From an uncultured delta proteobacterium (GTDB lineage: Bacteria; Desulfobacterota; Binatia; Binatales; Binataceae): a stretch of 64,000 bases of DNA. The DNA lies in contig CAVXXK010000001.1 of assembly GCA_963765675.1 (NCBI GenBank), positions 1,824,001-1,888,000 of the forward strand. The letters run 5' to 3'. The notes under the pieces were generated by a model. It saw only the letters and a list, made by a program, of their open reading frames with translations, was not told the origin of the DNA and did not search any database. The position numbers were made by a program, and so were the translations under genes. Positions 58,347-64,000 of this stretch are shown one piece after another; positions within the stretch are counted from its first letter, which is position 1, and every line of letters begins with the position of its first letter.

Positions 58347-58625
58347 TGTCATTCCCGTGCGTGCCTGCCGCGCGAGGAATTCCGGACGAGGGGCACGGCA
58401 TGAGGCGTGGACTCCGAGCATGGCCGCCTCGGGATTCCTCGCCCAAGGCTCGGAATGACGATATCCGGGGGGCTCGGCTGAGGTTACGATACTCATGCAT
58501 TAAGCCTTCATCCGTCATTTCGACCGAAGGGAGAAATCTCCGAGGCGTCCATGCACTCATCCTCGGGTGAGGTAAAGGCCAGGGCCGAGCACTGGTTTCC
58601 TCACGCGGCATCTACGCACTGACAA
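58347..58625. repeat. Composite palindromic element (family A, copy 3; right arm degenerate)
   Basis: tgtcattcccg...gcgcgaggaat; gggattcctcgcccaaggctcggaatgac; gtcatttcgaccgaagggagaaatc. Interior approximates the reverse complement of copy 1. Confidence 0.8.
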
Positions 58626-58706
58626 CCGTACACGCGCGCAACAGTGGAACACCAATGACTTATTGATTGAAAGGCACCAGGGCTTTCGTCAAGGTTGCGG
58701 TATTTT

Positions 58707-58783
58707 TGGTGGCGGCGGTAGGAGTCGAACCTACGACACTGCGGATATGAGCCGCATGCTCTAACCAACTGAGCTACGCCGCC
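58707..58783 (-). tRNA. tRNA-Met (CAT), elongator type
   Basis: GGCGGCG/CGCCGCC with paired 1-72; anticodon arm TGCGG-CTCATAT-CCGCA lacks the initiator GGG/CCC; encoded CCA. Ile2 not fully excluded. Confidence 0.93.
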
Positions 58784-58831
58784 ACCGTGAATTGTTCACA
58801 ATAGCGGTCCTCGAAATGTCGCGAAAGACTC

Positions 58832-59548
58832 TCAGCGCAGCGCAATCGCCCGCGATTTGACCTGCCGACTCCCGCGCGAGACCTGGTACAGCACGCCCTC
58901 GTTGAACTCGACGCAGGTCAGCTTCCCGCCGTAAACCAGCCCGGTATCGATCCCAAGCTTGTACGGCAGATCGATCATCACGCCGCGCATGGGAGTGTGG
59001 CCAAAGACCACGGTCGCGTCGATCCGATGCGGGTTGAAGATAAATTCCTGCCGAATCCAGAGCAGGTCTTCGGTCTGTTGCTCTTCGAGCTGGCGCGTCG
59101 GCATGATTCCCGCGTGCACGAACAGGTACGGCGGCCGCAGATAGCTGATTGCGAGCCGTTTGTAGAAGTCGAGATGCGCCTCGGGGATGCGATGCACCGC
59201 TTCCGACAGATCGTCTTCGCGCACGCCGTAGCTTTCGAGCGTCGCAACGCCGCCGTTGAACAGAAACGACTCGCCGTAATTCCCCGGCATCCCGAGGTAC
59301 GAGAGCATCATGTCCTCGTGATTGCCTTTCAAGAACACGCCTTCGGCGCCGGTCTTCTCGACCTGCATCGCAAGCTCGATTACGTCGCGCGCACACGGGC
59401 CGCGATCGACGTAGTCGCCGACGAAAACCACGGTGTCGCCCGCGACCGGCGCGATCGCTTTCAGGATCGCGTCGAGCTCGTCGGGACATCCGTGAATATC
59501 GCCGATTGCGAACAGGCGGCCGGAGAGTTTTTGTTTGCGGCTCGACAT
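58832..59548 (-). CDS. Metallophosphoesterase (PPP-type Ser/Thr phosphatase-like)
   Basis: GDIHG, GDYVDRGP, GNHE, FVHAG, FGHTP, IDTG. Confidence 0.93.
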   Translation of the reverse strand: MSSRKQKLSGRLFAIGDIHGCPDELDAILKAIAPVAGDTVVFVGDYVDRGPCARDVIELAMQVEKTGAEGVFLKGNHEDMMLSYLGMPGNYGESFLFNGGVATLESYGVREDDLSEAVHRIPEAHLDFYKRLAISYLRPPYLFVHAGIMPTRQLEEQQTEDLLWIRQEFIFNPHRIDATVVFGHTPMRGVMIDLPYKLGIDTGLVYGGKLTCVEFNEGVLYQVSRGSRQVKSRAIALR

Positions 59549-59558
59549 GGTCGATGGC

Positions 59559-60593
59559 TCAGCGCTTTTTGTCACCGCTGTCCGAGAGCAGATGCGCCAT
59601 AGCGTCGCGATCTTCGATAATCCGACGCGCCGCACTGTAGGGATTCACGCGCCCGGACTCGACCTCTTTGACGATCTCGGGCGCGCGTCCATTCTGCAGC
59701 GAGCGGATCGCGCGTTCTTCGAGTTCCGCCGCCAGAATTTCCACGAACTCGCGCCGGCGCCGCTCCGCCGTCTGCGCGTCGTTGCGATGCGCCAGCAGGT
59801 ACTCGCGATGCTTCCCGAGCGCATCGACCAGCGCGTCAATGCCGGTGCCGGCCGCAGCTTGCGTCATCATCACGAGCGGACGCCATCCACCCGCCGGCCT
59901 CAGATGCACGTTCAGCTCGAGCTCCGCCTTGACCCGGTCGGCGCCCTCGCGGTCGGACTTGTTGACGACGAACAGGTCGGCGATTTCGTTCAGTCCCGCC
60001 TTCATCACCTGCACCGAATCGCCGCCTTCAGGAACTGTCACCACCACCGTGGTGTCGGCAAGGTCCATGATTGAGAGCTCGGTCTGGCCAACGCCGACCG
60101 TCTCGATAAGGATCACGTCGTGGCCGAACGCGTCGAGCAGCTTTACGATTTCGCGCGCCGCCCGCGAGAGTCCGCCGTGGCTCCCGCGCGACGACAGGCT
60201 GCGAATATGCACGCCCGCGTCCTTGTAGTGGTCGGTCATGCGCACGCGGTCGCCCAGCACCGCGCCGCCCGAGAATGGACTCGAAGGATCGATCGCGAGG
60301 ACCGCGACTTCCTTTCCGAGCGCGCGATATTTCGCGATCAAGCGATTCACCAGCGTCGATTTTCCTGCTCCCGGCGGCCCCGTAATTCCGATCACGTGCG
60401 CGCGTCCGACTTGAGGATATATCCGCTCGATAATCGCGCTCGACTCGGGCATCCGGTTTTCCACCCGCGTCATCAGCCGATAAAGCGCGAGCTCGTCGTG
60501 AGCGGCAAAGCGCCGCAGGTAGTCCTCGAGGTTGAATTTCGCCTCGGTTGCGGCGCCGTCGACGCGGGAGCGATCTTGTGACTCAGAAGGCAT
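59559..60593 (-). CDS. meaB: Methylmalonyl-CoA mutase-associated GTPase MeaB
   Basis: GITGPPGAGKSTL, DPSSPFSGGA.LGDR.RM, ETVGVGQ.E, KAG..EIAD..VVNKSD. Confidence 0.94.
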   Translation of the reverse strand: MPSESQDRSRVDGAATEAKFNLEDYLRRFAAHDELALYRLMTRVENRMPESSAIIERIYPQVGRAHVIGITGPPGAGKSTLVNRLIAKYRALGKEVAVLAIDPSSPFSGGAVLGDRVRMTDHYKDAGVHIRSLSSRGSHGGLSRAAREIVKLLDAFGHDVILIETVGVGQTELSIMDLADTTVVVTVPEGGDSVQVMKAGLNEIADLFVVNKSDREGADRVKAELELNVHLRPAGGWRPLVMMTQAAAGTGIDALVDALGKHREYLLAHRNDAQTAERRRREFVEILAAELEERAIRSLQNGRAPEIVKEVESGRVNPYSAARRIIEDRDAMAHLLSDSGDKKR

Positions 60594-60731
60594 CGTAGTC
60601 CGTCGGTCGATCATAGCTGCACGCGTCGAAAGCACGCAACGTGGCGCCCGGGACCGCGTTGTTTTCCCAGGGGCCGGGTCCTATTGTTGTCATGGCTGGT
60701 GAACACGGGCTTTAGCCTGTGTCTTTCCGCG

Positions 60732-61157
60732 ATGAAGCTGCACGACCTTTACACCGATTGGCGAGTTGTAACCGGACTTGCGCTTGCCGTCCTTGGAGCG
60801 GGCAACTGGATCATCGGGCTCGAACGCACTCAGCAGTACAGCCAGATTATCGCGAGCGATCCCAATGCCGCGGCGGGCTCCGACTATCGCAGCTTCGACG
60901 AGCTTGATGCCTCGGCGGGAGGCGCGGTCCTGGAGCCTCTGACCGACCGCGAGCGCGCGGTCTCCTACGCCACGGCGCGGATGGATTTCTATCATGCAAC
61001 CTTCCTGACCGGGCAGATGCTGGTGCTCGCGGCGCTGCTGGTTGCCCTGTGGGGCGTGATCGCGGTGATCCAGAACGACGCCCGCCGCGCGATGCGCGGA
61101 GCATTTCCTGGCGGCCCCGGTCCTCCTGGCGCCGGTACGATGCGCCGGCTTCGTTGA
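60732..61157 (+). CDS. Hypothetical two-TM membrane protein
   Basis: Two hydrophobic helices around a soluble loop; directly upstream of ispE. Confidence 0.7.
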   Translation: MKLHDLYTDWRVVTGLALAVLGAGNWIIGLERTQQYSQIIASDPNAAAGSDYRSFDELDASAGGAVLEPLTDRERAVSYATARMDFYHATFLTGQMLVLAALLVALWGVIAVIQNDARRAMRGAFPGGPGPPGAGTMRRLR

Positions 61158-61182
61158 GTGAACGATTGAGAGCGGAGCGCCG

Positions 61183-62046
61183 ATGGTAAAAATTCTGGCC
61201 GAGCGCGCGCCCGCGAAGATCAACCTCTGCCTTCGCGTGACCGGGCGCCGGGCCAACGGCTATCACGAGCTCGACTCGATTTTCATTCCGATCGATTGGA
61301 GCGATCTGGTTCGTATCGAACTTCGGCCCGCATCTGAGTTGCGTGTCGATCTGCGATGCAACCGGCCGGAGCTGAGCGATCCCGGCTTGAATCTGGCGGC
61401 GCGCGCGGCAACCGCCTTTGCGCGTGAATACGATCTGAGCGCGCACATTATGATCGATCTCGAAAAGCATCTGCCCGCGGGTGCCGGACTCGGCGGCGGC
61501 TCGAGCGACGCCGGCGCGGTGCTCACGATGCTCGCCGCGACGTGCTCGGTTGGCACCGACGCGCGCCTGGTCCGGGTAGCGGTCTCGATTGGCGCCGACG
61601 TACCGTACTTTCTCGATCCGTGTCCCGCGCGCGTGCGCGGGATTGGCGAACGGATCGAGGCGCTGCCTGCGCTCACGCCAATCGATCTGGTGCTGGTGGT
61701 TCCGCCGATCGAAGTGCCGACCGCGCGAGTCTTTCGCGCGCTAGCGCCCAGCGATTGGAGCGGCGAAATTCCGGCCGCGGATCTCGAAGCGATCCTGAGC
61801 GGACGGATTTCGCGCGGCCTGACGGTGAACGACCTCGCAAAGCCCGCCGCCGCGATGTATCCGCGAATCGCGGAACTCAAAGCGATAGTCGAAGCGCGCG
61901 GCGCGGTTGCCGCCGCGATGTCGGGCAGCGGCGGCTCCGTGTTCGGAATATTTGCCAACCGCACGGATGCGCACAATGCGGCAAAGCTCATCGCAGACGA
62001 CGCGCCAGACGCGCGCGTTGTCGCTTGCCAGACGATTTCTCGCTAA
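61183..62046 (+). CDS. ispE: 4-diphosphocytidyl-2-C-methyl-D-erythritol kinase
   Basis: APAKINL.L.V.GRR.NGYHEL, KHLPAGAGLGGGSSDA, GADVP, MSGSG.SVFG. Confidence 0.96.
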   Translation: MVKILAERAPAKINLCLRVTGRRANGYHELDSIFIPIDWSDLVRIELRPASELRVDLRCNRPELSDPGLNLAARAATAFAREYDLSAHIMIDLEKHLPAGAGLGGGSSDAGAVLTMLAATCSVGTDARLVRVAVSIGADVPYFLDPCPARVRGIGERIEALPALTPIDLVLVVPPIEVPTARVFRALAPSDWSGEIPAADLEAILSGRISRGLTVNDLAKPAAAMYPRIAELKAIVEARGAVAAAMSGSGGSVFGIFANRTDAHNAAKLIADDAPDARVVACQTISR

Positions 62047-63998
62047 GCGTCCTGTCCGGCAGCGGCGCGGAGTCCGGAAGCTCCGCGGGGCGGCGCGGCG
62101 CTCGCATCTTCAGTCAGCCGGAAGCATCGGAAGAACGATCGGAAATCGTCGGCTGCGCCGCGAAAGCGGAGCAGGTTTTCCTTGACCGCGCGTTCGGCGC
62201 TCAACTCGCCGCGGCTGACCAGCGTCCAGCTTTCGGTTCCGCAGTAGATCGTCAAGTCAGGCTCGCGCAAATCACCCTGGTTGCTGAGGCATCGCCCGTC
62301 GCGAATCTCGACGTAGTAGCTCCCGGGCTCCGCGCCCGAAACGACGAACTGGACTGCAAGGCTGATTTGGTTTGCGCGTTTGCGATCAAAAATGAACGGC
62401 AGCCCTAGGATGAAGGTCTCCGCGGTGCCGACGCCTAGTCCGATGCGGTGGATATAGAACGCGGGATAGCCTTTGCTGAGCGGCGCTAGTACGCCGACCA
62501 GAACGATTACCGCGACGATCGCGAGCCAGCGAGTATCGGCAGGCGTGCGGTAGGCCGCGGCCGCAACAATCGCGAAGCCCGCCGCCCACATCGCGGCCAG
62601 ATGTCCCGTGATCCGCGCGAACGACGGGCTCTTCTGGATCCATGCCGGATACGCATGGCGCATCCAGTAGCCGGTGAACGGCTCGGCGCCGAACATCTGC
62701 GGCAGAATCGCGACGGCGGCGCACGCCGCGAACATCCACGCGGGAGCATACGCGACGAAACGATCGATCGCGCCGCCCACGTATGCGACTTGCCCGACAA
62801 AGAGAAAAATCACTATCGCCAGGTCAAAGGTCTTGGTTTCCTCGGCCGCGCTGGCTGCGAGCAGGTAGACGAGATCGACGACTTCTCCAACCAGCAGGGC
62901 CTGTGCCGCGCTTGCGCCGTATCCTGCCAGCGCGATCGCGAACGCCGCGATCGGCACGACGCTGCCGATATAACCAAAGAACGCGTTCCAGATGATCCCG
63001 CGGTTCGGGCGCACGGAATCGTTGCGGCCGGTCAGCGCCAGCGATATTTCCGCGACCGTGCCGCCTCCGACAAAACTGTGCAGATGAAACTCGCCGTGCT
63101 CGCCGTAGAACGCGCGCAGGCGATCGCGCAGATTCGCGAGACCGACGCCGTCGGACTTGCGTTCGCCGGCGCGCTTGGGCTGGAAGCCGACGCCGTTGTC
63201 CTCGACCCGGATATGCAGCCGATCGCCGCCGCGCCACGCCGCGATCGAGATCGTGCCGGCGCAGGTTCCGTTGAGGAGGCCGTGTGCGACCGCGTTTTCG
63301 ACCAGCGGCTGGATTAGCAGCGGCGGCACGTGGATCTCGCGCACGTCGGGCGCGATCTCGGTATGCACGCTTATGCGATCGCCGGAGCGCGCACGCTCGA
63401 GCTCGAGATACGACGCGACCGCCGCCAGCTCGTCGCTGAGCGGCGCCATCTTGGCCCGGCTCCGCCCCATCGAATAGCGCAGCACGCCAGCCAGTTGCAG
63501 GATCAATTTTTCGGCGCGCGCCGGCTCGACCGCCGCAGCCTCTGCGATCACGTTGAGCGAGTTGAACAAAAAATGATGATTGAGCTGGCTGCGTAGCGCT
63601 TCGAGTTGCGCCGTCAGCGCGAGCTCGCGCAACCGGCGCTGCTCCTGGCTGGCGCTGTCGAGCGCGAGTCCGCCGAGAATCATGTAGAGGGTTGCTCCCG
63701 CGATCACGACCAGGTTGACGAGCCCCGGCGAGAGCGCGTAGCCCTCGGCGACATCCGGCGGAATGTGCGCGAACCGCGTCCACAGGTGAAACGCGATCAG
63801 CATCCCGTTGCCGAACAGCACCACTCCGAGCATCACCTGCACCAGGATTCGCAGCACCAGCACACCGCGCAATCGCGGGACGATCCAGCGCCATACCGCA
63901 AACGTGATCGCCGCGAAGATTCCGGCGTTCACCAGGTGAAACTCGGAGTAGCGGATGATTCCGGGCGTGGCGACGCCCGTAATCCACTGGCCCAGCAG
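62043..63998 (-). CDS. LytS/YehU-type sensor histidine kinase fused to a C-terminal multi-TM domain and an SCP2 lipid-binding domain (5' end beyond window)
   Basis: TMs; SQLNHHFLFNSLN, QPLVENAVAHG, VEDNGVGF, GVGLAN, GGT; then ~6 TMs with PFTGYW..P....P.F..IT..L..MW; then F..K.A......QF.VSG...G.YY..I.DG.C....G....PDLTI. Frame open to the window edge. Confidence 0.85.
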   Translation of the reverse strand: MLGQWITGVATPGIIRYSEFHLVNAGIFAAITFAVWRWIVPRLRGVLVLRILVQVMLGVVLFGNGMLIAFHLWTRFAHIPPDVAEGYALSPGLVNLVVIAGATLYMILGGLALDSASQEQRRLRELALTAQLEALRSQLNHHFLFNSLNVIAEAAAVEPARAEKLILQLAGVLRYSMGRSRAKMAPLSDELAAVASYLELERARSGDRISVHTEIAPDVREIHVPPLLIQPLVENAVAHGLLNGTCAGTISIAAWRGGDRLHIRVEDNGVGFQPKRAGERKSDGVGLANLRDRLRAFYGEHGEFHLHSFVGGGTVAEISLALTGRNDSVRPNRGIIWNAFFGYIGSVVPIAAFAIALAGYGASAAQALLVGEVVDLVYLLAASAAEETKTFDLAIVIFLFVGQVAYVGGAIDRFVAYAPAWMFAACAAVAILPQMFGAEPFTGYWMRHAYPAWIQKSPSFARITGHLAAMWAAGFAIVAAAAYRTPADTRWLAIVAVIVLVGVLAPLSKGYPAFYIHRIGLGVGTAETFILGLPFIFDRKRANQISLAVQFVVSGAEPGSYYVEIRDGRCLSNQGDLREPDLTIYCGTESWTLVSRGELSAERAVKENLLRFRGAADDFRSFFRCFRLTEDASAAPPRGASGLRAAAGQDA

Positions 63999-64000
63999 AT

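Overview
GC-rich bacterial chromosome segment of mostly core genes. Gene content (RNase Y with an RNase E/G, zapB-zapA-ygfA-rny, YCF48+RND, many SDR/crotonases) suggests a deltaproteobacteria-related lineage such as Ca. Binatota; this is an inference only. Housekeeping genes include cca, trmL, dtd, lgt, ctpA, bioD, trxB, moaC, rlmI-like, rne/rng, smc, ftsY, zapB/zapA, ygfA, rny, def, meaB and ispE. There are three tRNAs (Gln-CTG, Glu-CTC, Met-CAT) and a probable 6S RNA. Accessory genes include a nucleoside-type ABC system, a Gld-like ABC system, a YCF48-RND-VOC-YceI operon, a cobalt-type nitrile hydratase operon, an orphan ParB-like protein and an Flp pilin. Eight genes are each split by a single extra base, most likely assembly error. 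Two features stand out. One is a LytS-type histidine kinase extended by a second multi-pass membrane domain and an SCP2 lipid-binding domain (cut by the window edge). The other is a dense set of nested, modular palindromic intergenic elements whose sub-modules are shared and swapped between copies. No CRISPR array, rRNA, transposase or integrase was seen.
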